64,000 bases of DNA. It comes from an uncultured Actinomycetes bacterium (GTDB lineage Bacteria; Actinomycetota; Acidimicrobiia; IMCC26256; PALSA-555). Location of the stretch: NCBI GenBank assembly GCA_963849135.1, contig CAWKGF010000001.1, forward strand, positions 66,801-130,800, in the 5' to 3' direction. Under the pieces are notes generated by a model, which saw only the letters and a program-made list of their open reading frames with translations, searched no databases and had not been told where the DNA came from. Both the position numbers and the translations under genes were made by a program. This document shows, piece by piece, positions 40,688 through 50,794 of this stretch (its first letter is position 1; each line of letters begins with the position of its first letter).

Positions 40688-41554
40688 TCAGTCGTCGAGG
40701 CCGCCGGCGGCGAGGCGCGCCTCGACCTCGCGTTGCCGGGCCACGTTCTCGGTGTGGAGCTCCTCGGTGGTGCGGATCCGCCCGTCGGCCTTCAGCTCGC
40801 CCATCACGTGCACCTCCCCCAGGGTGTCGTGCAGGTAGCCGGGGCCCTCCAGGGTCGGGATGAACCAGCCGGTCGGGCACATGGTCAGCACCTCGACGAA
40901 CGAGAAGCCCTCCCGGCGCTGTTGCACCTCGAGCGCCCGGCGCACCATCTTCTTCGTGCGGGCCACCGCCCCCGCGTTGTGCACCGAGCCGCGAGCGACG
41001 TAGGCCGCACCCTCCAGGCGGGCCAGGAGGTCCCCGATCAGGATCGGGTACCCGTGGTAGGCGGCGTCGCGGCCCTCGAGGGTGTTCTTCGTGCGCTGCC
41101 CCAGCACCGTCGTCGCGGTCATGTGGCCGCCCGTCTCGCCGAACACCCCGTTGTTCAGGAGCACCCCGGTGACCGCCTCCCCGCGGGCCGCGGTGTGGAG
41201 CACCTCCTGGAGGCCCTCGTTCACCATGTCCCCGTCGCCTTGCAGCGTGAAGACCGTCGCGTCGGGGCGCATCCGCTTCACGCCGGTCGCGACCGACGGG
41301 GCCCGTCCGTGCAGCGCCTGGACGAGGTCGACGTCGAGGGCGGTGGAGAACGCGGTGTAGCAGCCGATCCCCATCACCCCGACCGTCCGGTCGGTGAGCC
41401 CCAGGTCGGTGATCGTGTCCAGCAGGCAGCGCAGCGCCAGCGGCTCGCCGCAGCCGGGGCAGAGATGGTGCTCCCCGGTCAGCAGCAGCTCCGGCTTCAG
41501 CGCGCCGACCTGTCGGGCGCCGCTCGGCGGGTGCTGGGTGTCGATCGTCACCAT
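40688..41554 (-). CDS. 2-oxoacid:ferredoxin oxidoreductase, beta (TPP-binding) subunit
   Basis: HHLCPGCGEP... and TLQGDGDMVNEGLQE (GDG TPP motif). ATG at 41554 is preceded by AAGGAG. Confidence 0.85.
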   Translation of the reverse strand: MVTIDTQHPPSGARQVGALKPELLLTGEHHLCPGCGEPLALRCLLDTITDLGLTDRTVGVMGIGCYTAFSTALDVDLVQALHGRAPSVATGVKRMRPDATVFTLQGDGDMVNEGLQEVLHTAARGEAVTGVLLNNGVFGETGGHMTATTVLGQRTKNTLEGRDAAYHGYPILIGDLLARLEGAAYVARGSVHNAGAVARTKKMVRRALEVQQRREGFSFVEVLTMCPTGWFIPTLEGPGYLHDTLGEVHVMGELKADGRIRTTEELHTENVARQREVEARLAAGGLDD

Positions 41555-42705
41555 GAGCTGCTCCTTACCACAGGGTGCGTTCGTTGTCGGGGAGCGGGGG
41601 GAAGCTCGGCGTCGGGTCCGCCCCGGTGCACCGCCGCGATCCGATCCCGGACCCGTTCCACGTCGAGGAGCCGGCCCACCCCGAACCCTGACCCGTCGGT
41701 GGAGATCCCGCCGATGCCGACCACCGGGGCCGCGCCGAGCACGGCGAGGCGCACGTCGTCGATCATCTGCCCCGCGCAGAGCTCGAACGTCGCCACGGTC
41801 CGGGCCCCCGCCGCGGCCGACGCGACCACGTCGCTCGGGAACGGCCACAGGGTGATCGGCCGCACGAACCCGATCCGCTCACCGGCCGCGCGCAGCTCCG
41901 CGATGGCGGCCCGCACGAACCGGGCCGGGCTGCCGAAGGCGACGACGACCGTCTCCGCGTCGTCGAGGTACCCGGTCTCGACGCGTGCCTCCCGCCGCTG
42001 GATCTCGGCGTGCTTGGCCGCGATCGCGCGCAGGTGGGTCTCGATCCCGATCGGCTCGGCGCCGGTCTTGGCGAGCCCGAGCGGGGAGAGGAGCTGCGCG
42101 TGGCCGCTCCCGGTACCGGACCCGTCGACCGCCCAGCGCTTCTCCGGGACCGGCCCGAAGTCGATGGGCTCGATCGCCACCGACTCCTGCACGTGCGCGG
42201 TCAGGTAGTCGCCGTACACGAGGACCGGGTTCCGCCACCGGTCGGCGAGATGGAAGGCGAGCTGGGTCAGCTCCACCGTCTCGGTGATGTCGACCGGCGC
42301 CAGCACGACGTGCCGGTAGTCGCCGTGCCCCCCGCCCCGGGTGGCCTGGTAGTAGTCGCCCTGGCTGCGGGCCAGGTTGAAGATCACCAGCGGCAGCTCG
42401 GCCAGGGTGATCTCGGCGAACGACTCCTGCATCAGCGACAGGCCCTGCCCGGTCGAGCCGGTCGCGGCCCGCGCCCCGGTCGCCAGGGCGCCCCAGGCCA
42501 TGCCGACCGCCTCCAGCTCGCTCTCGGCGTTGATGCAGGTGCCGCCGACCTCGGGGAGGCACTGAGCGAAGCTCTCCAGCACCTCCGTGAACGGGGTCAT
42601 CGGGTAGCCGGCGAAGAACCGACATCCGGCCGCGATCGCGGCCCGGGCGATCGCCTCGCTGCCCTCCATGAGCCGCCGGTCTTGGGACGTGACCGTGAAC
42701 GTCAT
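41548..42705 (-). CDS. 2-oxoacid:ferredoxin oxidoreductase, alpha subunit (3' end uncertain)
   Basis: MEGSEAIARAAIAAGCRFFAGYPMTPFTEV is a typical POR/KOR alpha N-terminus. An alternative frame across the homopolymer run at 41596-41601 would end at a TAA immediately before the beta-subunit RBS. Confidence 0.85.
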   Translation of the reverse strand: MTFTVTSQDRRLMEGSEAIARAAIAAGCRFFAGYPMTPFTEVLESFAQCLPEVGGTCINAESELEAVGMAWGALATGARAATGSTGQGLSLMQESFAEITLAELPLVIFNLARSQGDYYQATRGGGHGDYRHVVLAPVDITETVELTQLAFHLADRWRNPVLVYGDYLTAHVQESVAIEPIDFGPVPEKRWAVDGSGTGSGHAQLLSPLGLAKTGAEPIGIETHLRAIAAKHAEIQRREARVETGYLDDAETVVVAFGSPARFVRAAIAELRAAGERIGFVRPITLWPFPSDVVASAAAGARTVATFELCAGQMIDDVRLAVLGAAPVVGIGGISTDGSGFGVGRLLDVERVRDRIAAVHRGGPDAELPPAPRQRTHPVVRSSSW

Positions 42706-42950
42706 GCCGGCACCTCGGTCGTGACGGGCTGCTCGAACCGGAACACCTCGAAGCAGAAGTCCGGGCACACGAACAGGCACGCCGCGCAGCCCGTGCACCC
42801 CGGGTGCAGCACCGGGGTGTGGAACCCGGCCCGGTTCAGCTCCTCGCCCATCGAGAGCACCCCCGGCGGGCAGGCCGGGATGCACAGCTCGCAGCCCTTG
42901 CACGCCTCGGTGTCGATCGTCACCGTGCCCCGGCTAGTGATCGTGCTCAC
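42702..42950 (-). CDS. 2-oxoacid:ferredoxin oxidoreductase, delta subunit (2x[4Fe-4S] ferredoxin)
   Basis: 82 aa with two cluster motifs, CKGCELCIPACP and CTGCAACLFVCP. Confidence 0.85.
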   Translation of the reverse strand: MSTITSRGTVTIDTEACKGCELCIPACPPGVLSMGEELNRAGFHTPVLHPGCTGCAACLFVCPDFCFEVFRFEQPVTTEVPA

Positions 42951-43528
42951 GTGCGGACGGGCTCCTGCGCCCAGGCCGGCCGCGTGACCGGGCCGAGCGC
43001 GTCGGCGCCGACCCGGAGCGCGGCCTCGTTGCGCTCCAGATGCTGGCGGCGGTACGCGGGCACCGACTCGCGCATCCCGGCCACCAGCGCGTCGAGCCCC
43101 ACCAGGCCCGTCACCGCCGCGTAGGCGCCGACGATCACCATCGACGCCGCGAGCTCGTCGCCGACCTGCGCGGCCAGCTCGCTCGCCCGCACCCGGTACC
43201 CGTCGTAGCGGTCATCGAGCTCGGCGGTGAACGTGCTGTCGTTGACCAGGACCACACCGCCGTCGCGGACTTTCGGCGCGATCGGCGCCCAGAAGCGGTC
43301 GTGCATCGCGATTGCCGACCACGTCGACGACAGCAGCGGCGGGGACTGGATCGGGCCGTCCCCGACCACGACCGTCCCGTCGGTGTTCATGCCCCGCATC
43401 GCGCCACCGTAGACACCGAACAGCAGCACGTCGCGACCCTCGAGCACCGCGGCGCGGGCCAGCACCTGCGCGGCGAGCTGCACCCCCTGCCCGCCGATGC
43501 CGGTGAGGAGCACCTCCCGCTCGGTCAC
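42947..43528 (-). CDS. 2-oxoacid:ferredoxin oxidoreductase, gamma subunit
   Basis: GTG at 43528. LLTGIGGQGVQLAAQVLARAA is the canonical gamma-subunit GxGGQG motif. Confidence 0.85.
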   Translation of the reverse strand: MTEREVLLTGIGGQGVQLAAQVLARAAVLEGRDVLLFGVYGGAMRGMNTDGTVVVGDGPIQSPPLLSSTWSAIAMHDRFWAPIAPKVRDGGVVLVNDSTFTAELDDRYDGYRVRASELAAQVGDELAASMVIVGAYAAVTGLVGLDALVAGMRESVPAYRRQHLERNEAALRVGADALGPVTRPAWAQEPVRT

Positions 43529-44151
43529 GACGCTGCCACCCCGATGGCCCGCAGCGCGAACGCGACCGTGTGCGCGACGTCGCCGCCGGACGGCGTCACC
43601 CGCCGGGCGATCGCATCCTGGGTCTGGCCCATCGTCAGCTCGTAGATGGCGTCCGCGTCCCGGCGCGGGTCGGCGCCGAGCGCCGCCACCGCGTCCCGCA
43701 GCGGCGCCACGACCCGCTCCCGCTGGGTCGCGATCGCGTCCGGGTACCGCTCCGCCAGCCGGGGCCCGTTCAGCGCGAAGGGCCGCGTGTTCTCGGCCGC
43801 CTCCGGGTTGCGGGCCTGCTCGAGCACCCCCTCGATCCACGCCCGGACCGGGCCCGGACCCGGCTCGGCGCGGTCCATGCGCCGCTCGAGGGCCCGCACC
43901 AAGCGGCGCTGCCCGTCCTCGAGCACCGCCAGGAGCAGCTCGTCCTTGCCGCGGAAGTGACGGTAGAAGGCCTGATTCGAGAGCCCCGACGTCGCCACGA
44001 TGTCACTCACCCTCGGATCGACCGAGCCGGTGCGGCGCATCACCTCGTAGGCGGCGTCGACCAGGCGTCGGATCTCGTCGGCGTAGGCCTCTGCCCGGTC
44101 GGCGAGGGTCCGCGCCGCCACCGACCGCTCGATCGGAACAACGTTCTGCAT
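43525..44151 (-). CDS. TetR/AcrR family transcriptional regulator
   Basis: RVSDIVATSGLSNQAFYRHFRGKDELLLAVLE is the TetR HTH. It is divergent from the acyl-CoA synthetase gene and co-directional with the OFOR operon. Confidence 0.85.
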   Translation of the reverse strand: MQNVVPIERSVAARTLADRAEAYADEIRRLVDAAYEVMRRTGSVDPRVSDIVATSGLSNQAFYRHFRGKDELLLAVLEDGQRRLVRALERRMDRAEPGPGPVRAWIEGVLEQARNPEAAENTRPFALNGPRLAERYPDAIATQRERVVAPLRDAVAALGADPRRDADAIYELTMGQTQDAIARRVTPSGGDVAHTVAFALRAIGVAAS

Positions 44152-44248
44152 TAGGGGAACAGTATTCCGGCCAGGCCGGGTGGGCAAGGGCCACCGGGCC
44201 TGGCCGGACGGTACCGTCTGGAGCCGAAGACGACGGGGGATTGCGCGG

Positions 44249-45898
44249 ATGGCACTCGAGCTCGAGCGGCCCGGGATCGACGGGGCCCGAACCCGCCGGT
44301 ACGTCGCCGACGGCTCCTGGACCGACCAGACCCTCGGCAGCATCCTCGCCGAGGGGCTCGTCGAGGGCCGAGACCTGCCCCTCGTCATCCACTCCGACAC
44401 CCACCCCTTCCGCGGCACGTTCGCCGACGGCGACGACCTGGCCCGCCGCGTCGCGGGCGGGCTGGCGGGAGTCGGGGTCCAGCCCGGCGAGCCGGTCGCG
44501 TTCCAGCTGCCGAACTGGGTCGAGGCCGCGGCCACGTTCTGGGCCGTCGCGATGCTCGGCGCCATCCCCGTCCCCATCGTCCACTTCTACGGGGCCAAGG
44601 AAGTCGGGTTCATCCTCGAGCAGTCCCAGGCCCGGGTGCTCGTCACCGCCGACCGGTTCGGGCACCTCGACTTCCTCGCCAACCTGGAACAGCTCCGGCC
44701 CCGCCTCGACGCGCTGGAGCACGTGTTCGTCGTCGGCGACACGAGCCCGGCCCGGACCCGGCCCTTCACCGACCTGTCCGCCGCGCCGCCCATCGACGGG
44801 CCGGTCCCGACCGATCCGTCCGCCCCCGCGCTGGTCGCGTACACGTCGGGCACCACCGCCGACCCGAAAGGCGTCGTGCACTCGCACCGCACGATCGGGT
44901 TCGAGATCCGCCAGCTCGCGGCCATGGGGGGCATGGGAAGCCTGCCGACGCTGGTCGGCGCGCCGGTCGGGCACGGCATCGGGATGCTCGCCGCGCTGCT
45001 CATCCCGGTGTGGCGACACGACCCGATCCATCTCATCGACGTCTGGGACCCGGGCCGCGTCCTCGCCACCATGCTCGACGAAGGGATCTCGAGCGGGAAC
45101 GGCTCCACCTACTTCCTCATCAGCCTCCTCGACCATCCCGACTTCACCGACGCGCACCGGGCGCTCATGCCCCACATCGGGCTCGGCGGCTCCGCCGTTC
45201 CGGCCACGGTGGGGGAGCGGTGCGCAGCCATGGGCATCTCGACCGTGCGCAGCTTCGGGTCGACCGAGCACCCGTCGATCACCGGCATGACCCACGACGC
45301 GCCGTTCGAGAAGCGGCTCCACACCGACGGGCGGCCTCTCCCCGGGGTCGAGATCGAGCTGCGCGACGAGGAGGGGCGTCCGGTTCCGGTCGGGCAGCCC
45401 GGCGAGATCTGGAGCAAAGGGCCGGACTGCTTCATCGGGTACACCGACCCGGCGCTCACCGCGGCGGCCTTCGACGCCGACGGCTGGTTCGCCACCGGCG
45501 ACGTCGGGGTCCTCGACACCGACGGCTACCTATGCATCGTCGACCGCAAGAAGGACATCATCATCCGAGGCGGCGAGAACATCAGCGCGCTCGAGGTGGA
45601 GGAGCAGCTGCTGCGCCTCCCCGCCGTCGCCGAGGTCGCGGTCGTCGCGGCCCCCGACGTCCGCCTCGGCGAGCACGCCTGCGCGTTCGTGCGGATGCAC
45701 GAGCAGGCCGAGCCGCCCACGTTGCCCGAGCTGCGCGACCACCTCGAACGCTCCGGGCTGGCCCGCCAGAAGTGGCCCGAGGAGATCCGTCCCGTCGACG
45801 ACTTCCCCCGCACCGCGTCCGGCAAGGTGCAGAAGTTCGTGCTCCGCCAGCGGCTCCGCGACGAATCGGTGACCGCTCAGGGCGACTCGCCCAGGTAG
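44249..45898 (+). CDS. AMP-dependent synthetase/ligase (acyl-CoA synthetase)
   Basis: AYTSGTTADPKGVVHSH (AMP-binding motif I), GWFATGDVG and SGKVQKFVLR. Confidence 0.85.
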   Translation: MALELERPGIDGARTRRYVADGSWTDQTLGSILAEGLVEGRDLPLVIHSDTHPFRGTFADGDDLARRVAGGLAGVGVQPGEPVAFQLPNWVEAAATFWAVAMLGAIPVPIVHFYGAKEVGFILEQSQARVLVTADRFGHLDFLANLEQLRPRLDALEHVFVVGDTSPARTRPFTDLSAAPPIDGPVPTDPSAPALVAYTSGTTADPKGVVHSHRTIGFEIRQLAAMGGMGSLPTLVGAPVGHGIGMLAALLIPVWRHDPIHLIDVWDPGRVLATMLDEGISSGNGSTYFLISLLDHPDFTDAHRALMPHIGLGGSAVPATVGERCAAMGISTVRSFGSTEHPSITGMTHDAPFEKRLHTDGRPLPGVEIELRDEEGRPVPVGQPGEIWSKGPDCFIGYTDPALTAAAFDADGWFATGDVGVLDTDGYLCIVDRKKDIIIRGGENISALEVEEQLLRLPAVAEVAVVAAPDVRLGEHACAFVRMHEQAEPPTLPELRDHLERSGLARQKWPEEIRPVDDFPRTASGKVQKFVLRQRLRDESVTAQGDSPR

Positions 45899-46595
45899 CC
45901 GGCCACCAGCTCGCTGCCCGCGTCGCTCGCCGCGCCCTGCCACACCACCCGGCCCCGCCGCAGGATCACCGCCTGGTCCGCGAGCTCGAGGGCCCGCTCC
46001 ACGTACTGCTCGACGAGGAGCAGCGCCACGCCCTCCTGGCGGGCCTGATGCAAGGCCGTGAACACCAGGTCGACGAGACGGGGCGCGAGCCCGAGCGACA
46101 TCTCGTCGGCGACGAGGAGGCGGGGCGGGGCGGCCAGCACCCGGGCCAGGCTGAGCATCTGCTGCTCCCCACCCGAGAGCGTGCCGGCCTGCTGGCGTCG
46201 ACGCTCGGCGAGCACCGGGAACGTGGCGAGGGCCCGGTCCAGCGCCGCGGTCCGCTCCCCGCGGGGCACCGCGTAGCGGAGCCGGACCCGCAGGTTCTCG
46301 AGCACGGTGAGATGCGGGAAGATCGCCCGCTCCTCGGGCACGTAGGCCAGCCCCTGACCGCTCATCCGGTACGCGGCCCATCCGGTGACGTCACGTCCGC
46401 CCAGCCGGATCCGACCGGCCGAGGGGCGGACCCGCCCGCGATCGCGCCGGCCAGCGAGCTCTTCCCAGCCCCGTTCGGGCCCAGCACCGCCACCGCCGCG
46501 CCGGGCGCCACCTCGACGCTCACGCCGAACAGCGCCTGCGCCTCCCCGTAGGTGACGTCGAGGTCCGAGACCGAGAGCAGCGGCTCGGGTTTCAC
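45877..46595 (-). CDS. ABC transporter ATP-binding protein (LivF-like); one frameshift near 46437
   Basis: GPNGAGKSSLAGAIAG (one frame) continues as RVRPSAGRIRLGGRDVTG...LSGGEQQMLSLARVL in the adjacent frame. Confidence 0.8.
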
Positions 46596-47377
46596 GATCC
46601 CTCCGACGCCGACGCGGAGCCGAGGTAGGCCGCCTGCACCGCCGAGCTGGACCGAATCGCGGCCGGCGGTCCGTCCGCGATCTCCCGCCCGAAGTCGAGG
46701 ACGGTGACGTCGTCGCAGAGCTCGAGCACGAGCTCGACGTCATGCTCGACGAGCACGAACGCCACCCCTCGCTCAGCGCGTGCGGTTCGGAGCGCGGCCG
46801 CGACCCGCTCCGTCTCGTGCACATCCAGGCCCGACGTCGGCTCGTCGAGCAGCACGACCCGAGGCTCGGTCGCGAGCGCCCGCCCCAGCTCGACGATCCG
46901 GCCCGTGCCGAGCGGCACCAGCGACACCGGCTGGCTCGCAACTTCGCGCAGGTCGAGCAGGTCAAGGAGCCCGTCGACGGCGTCGTCCTCACCCGGTGAC
47001 GCCCGGCGGCCCAACCCGATCAGGTCACGCAGCAGCGACCGGTCCCGTCCCTCCTGGATGCGGCGGGCAACGACCAAGTGGTCGCGGACGGTCAGCTCCT
47101 CGAAGAGCTCGAGACGCTGGAAGGTGCGGGCCAGACCCAGCCGAGCCCGGCGCTGCGGGCTCGCCCCGGTGACGTCGACCCCGCCCAGCTCGACTCGCCC
47201 CGACCGGGGGGTAAGCAGGCCCGAGAGCACGCCGAACAGGGTGGTCTTCCCGGCGCCGTTCGGGCCCACCAGGCCCACGATCCCCCCCGCCGGCACGCCC
47301 AGGGCCACGCCCGCCAGCGCGGTGACGCCCCCGAAGCGCACCGCGACGTCACGCGCGTCGAGCAGCAGATCGCTCAC
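46592..47377 (-). CDS. ABC transporter ATP-binding protein (LivG-like)
   Basis: GTG at 47377. GPNGAGKTTLF, LGTGRIVELGRAL and VLLDEPTSGLD. Confidence 0.85.
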   Translation of the reverse strand: MSDLLLDARDVAVRFGGVTALAGVALGVPAGGIVGLVGPNGAGKTTLFGVLSGLLTPRSGRVELGGVDVTGASPQRRARLGLARTFQRLELFEELTVRDHLVVARRIQEGRDRSLLRDLIGLGRRASPGEDDAVDGLLDLLDLREVASQPVSLVPLGTGRIVELGRALATEPRVVLLDEPTSGLDVHETERVAAALRTARAERGVAFVLVEHDVELVLELCDDVTVLDFGREIADGPPAAIRSSSAVQAAYLGSASASEGS

Positions 47378-49357
47378 GCCGCCACCTGCCCCTCGACCGC
47401 GAGGCGTTGGCGGGACCGACGCCGGCGTTTCGCCCGGACCCGCTGCTGGACGTCCGGAATCACGCCGCGTCGGTTGATCGCCAGCCGGATCGCGCCGATC
47501 CCGAAGAGCAGGGTCGGGACCATCGCCCAGCTGGTGGAGAAGTGCTCGCTGAACAGCTGGGGGACGACCGCGTAGAGGATCCCAGCGATCAGCGCCGCGA
47601 GGACGGATCGAATCCCGAAGCTGGCCACGATGGCCAGCCACACGATGCCGATCAGCACCTCGAAGCTGTCCGGCGACGCCCGCCCGATCGTCACCGCGAA
47701 GAGCGCCCCTCCGAGCCCAGCCACGAACGAGCTGAGCCCGAAGGCCAGCAGCTTCGAGCGGACGATCCGCACGCCGACCGTCGCCGCGGCCTGCTCGCTG
47801 GAGCGCATAGACGCCAGCACCAGGCCGGTCGTCGATCGGCGCAGGTTGACGGTCAGCAGCGCGACCAGGCAGAAGACGCCGGCCAGGAGCCAGAAGAACG
47901 TCGTCGGGTCGTTGAAGTTCACCCCGAGGAACACCGGCCGGTTCAGTGAGATCCCGGCGCCGAAGTTGTCGAACTCGGGACGAGCGAACACCAGCTGCTC
48001 GACGAGCAGCGCGAAGGCGAGGGTCGCCAACGCGAGGTACACGTCGCCGAGGCGCAGGCTCAGCGCCGCCACGAGCAGCCCGATCGGCACCGCGACGAGC
48101 GCCCCGGCGAGGATGGCCAGCCCGATCGGCCAGCCGGTCGACGCCGAGAACGGATTCGGGACCAGCCAGCCGAACAGCGGCGAGTGCGTCGCCAGCGACG
48201 CGGTGGTGAGCGCCCCGATCCCGGCCAGGGTGGCCTGACACAGCGACAGCATCCCGCCCTCGCCAGTCACGATCGTGAAGGTCAAGAACAAGATGGCGAG
48301 CGCCGCGCCCTGGCTGACCACCCCCACCCAGAAGGTGCTGAGCCACAGCGGCACCGAGAAGAGCGCCACCGCCACCGCCAGCGGGCCGATCGCGGCCCGC
48401 CAGCCCCGCGGTGGGGGTGGTGGCGGCGCCTCCTCGGCCGCCGGCCCGGCCCGTCGGTCGACGTCGAAGCGCTCTCGTCGGAGGCCCCGGTAGAGGAGCA
48501 AGCAGCCGAGCATCACGATGAACGGGACGCTCGGTCCGAAGCCGGTCGACAACACCCCGTGGCTGGGCAGGAAGTCGACCGAGATGCCCTGGATGAGGCC
48601 GATGACCATCGCGCCGAGGAACGTCAAGGGAAGGCTGGTCAGCCGGCCCACCGTGGCGGCGGCGAGCGACGCGACCAGCAGCAGCGTGAACTCGCCGTTG
48701 TTCAACCCGAGGATCGGGGCCAGCAGGATCCCGGCCAGGCCGGCCAAGACGGTGCCGACCATCCACGAGCCGGCGCTGACCAGCGTGGTGTTGATCCCCG
48801 AGATCGCCGCTGTGCCCGGCGAATCGACGGTGGCCCGAGTCGCCAACCCGACCGGCGTGGCGCGGCAGGAGCGCGCTGAGCGTCACCGCCACGACGACGC
48901 CCCCGATGAGGACCGCGAGCTGGTTGGCGTTGATCGAGACGCCCAGCCAGCCGAGCCGGAAGATCGAGGCTGGCACCCTCGCGAACCCCTGCGACTGCAG
49001 GATCTGACCCTGGCTGAACGGGAACACGAGCTGCACCGCGGCGGGCAGCGCGACCCATAGGCCGACCGTGGCGAGGAACCGGATGTCAGGCGGCGCGTGC
49101 GTCAGGTGCCGGAACAGGATCCCCCACAGGGCCAGACCCAACGCGGGCGAGAACACGAGGAGCGACATTGCCGCCGACGCGGGGATCGACCAGCCGTGCA
49201 CCTGATTCAGCCAATGGAAGAACACCGCGACCGTGTACGCCATGGCCCCGTGCGCGAAGTTGATGACCCGCGACGACGAGTAGGTGAGCACCAGCCCCAA
49301 TGCCGACACGGCGTAGATGCTCCCCAGCACCAGGCCGGCGAGGACATACCCCTGCAA
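47374..49357 (-). CDS. Fused LivH-LivM-type ABC permease (about 660 aa); one frameshift near 48870
   Basis: The N-terminal LivH-like half (GSIYAVSALGLVLTYSSSRVINFAHGAM) continues after ..VAVTLSALL in the adjacent frame as RATPVGLATRATVDSPGTAAISGIN. It then runs without a stop into a LivM-like half (GEGGMLSLCQATLAGIGA). Confidence 0.8.
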
Positions 49358-49418
49358 CGGTCCTCCTCGGCCGCCGAGGGGCCGACCCGGATGGTCGACC
49401 CCGCAGCGACGTGCGGTC

Positions 49419-50736
49419 CTACCCCTGGGCTTGCTCGGCCGGGGTCAGCTTCGTGAGCGTGCCGTTATGGATCACGCCCGACGCGGAGAACGGCTTCCCG
49501 CCGAACTGCGGTACGAACGTCCCGTTCTGCACCTGCACGTAGTAGACGCAGTAGAAGGGCCGCCCGAAGATGTTCGAGAAGGAGATCGGCGCGAACGTGC
49601 CGTGAGCAGTCCAGTTCTTCTCGAGACGCAGGTTCGTGATGAAGGCCTTCCGCGTCGGGCAGCTCATCCCCGCCTGCTTGAGACCCTCGATGAACGTGTC
49701 GGCGGACAGCCACCCGATGTAGGGGATCTCGCCCTGGTAGTACTTGCCCTCCTTCTGCATCTGGGCCTTGTAGGTGACATACGCGGGCGGGTTCTCCTCG
49801 AACGGGATCACCTCGAGCCCGAAGTACACGTCGTTGATTCCAGGCAGCGTCGTGATCCGGCTGTCGTAGCCACCGGGGTACACGGTTGCCTTCAGCTTGT
49901 AGTTGTCCTGCACCAGCGCCGCCGAGAGCGCCACGTTCTGCAGGAAGTCCATGCCGGTGACCAGCGCGTCGGCGCCCGTGTCCTTGATCTTCTGTGCCTG
50001 GGCCGTGAAGTCTTGCTGCCCGACCGCAACGTCGGTCGTCTGATACACGACCTTGATCGGCGAATGGGTCAACGTGATCGACTTCGCGATCTGATCGACG
50101 AACGTCGCGCTGTTCGACGTGTTTACCCCGACCAGCGCCAGCTTCGTGACTCCTTGCGTCTTCAGGAAGTCAGCCGTGTTCGTGGTGTAGGTCGTACTCG
50201 GGTCCGGCGGCTGCGTGTTTCGCCATCCGAACATGTTCGGGTACTTGCCGAACGACGCCAGGCCGAGCTGCCATCCGGTCACCGGGATGCCTTGCTGGTT
50301 CAGGTACTTGGCGCTCGCGTCGGCCTCGAGGCTGTTTTCGATGATCCCGAACACGCCGTTCTGCTCGACTAGCTGCTGGGCGGCGGTGACGTTGCGGGCC
50401 GGGTCGCCGGCGTCGTCGACGACGGTCAGGTTGATCTTGCGCTTCCCGAGTCTCGCCGTCCGAGTTCGCCATGTCGATCCGGGCCTTCATCCCGTCTTCC
50501 GACGCCGCGAACGACGATGCGCTCGGCCCGCTCAAGGGCAGGATCGCCCCCACGTTGATCGTGGAGCTGCTCACCCCGTCGGTGTTCGGGCACGGGTTCG
50601 GGGCCTTCACGGGCTTGAGGTTCGAGAACTGGCCGGATCCGCCGCCGCTCGCCGCGCCGGCCGCACCGCTGAGCAGCGCGACCGGCCCGACCGTGAGCAC
50701 GACCGCGACCAGCAAGGCAACACGCCGAATGACCAT
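49419..50736 (-). CDS. ABC transporter substrate-binding protein (LivJ-like family); one frameshift near 50447
   Basis: Signal peptide plus INVGAILPLSGPSASSFAASEDGMKARIDMANSDG (one frame) continues as GKRKINLTVVDDAGDPARNVTAAQQLVEQNGVFGIIENS (adjacent frame). Confidence 0.8.
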
Positions 50737-50794
50737 CGTCCCCCCTCTACCTCTGGTCAGAGGAGGGGAGTATTCACCCTGGGGTGGCCGCCCG

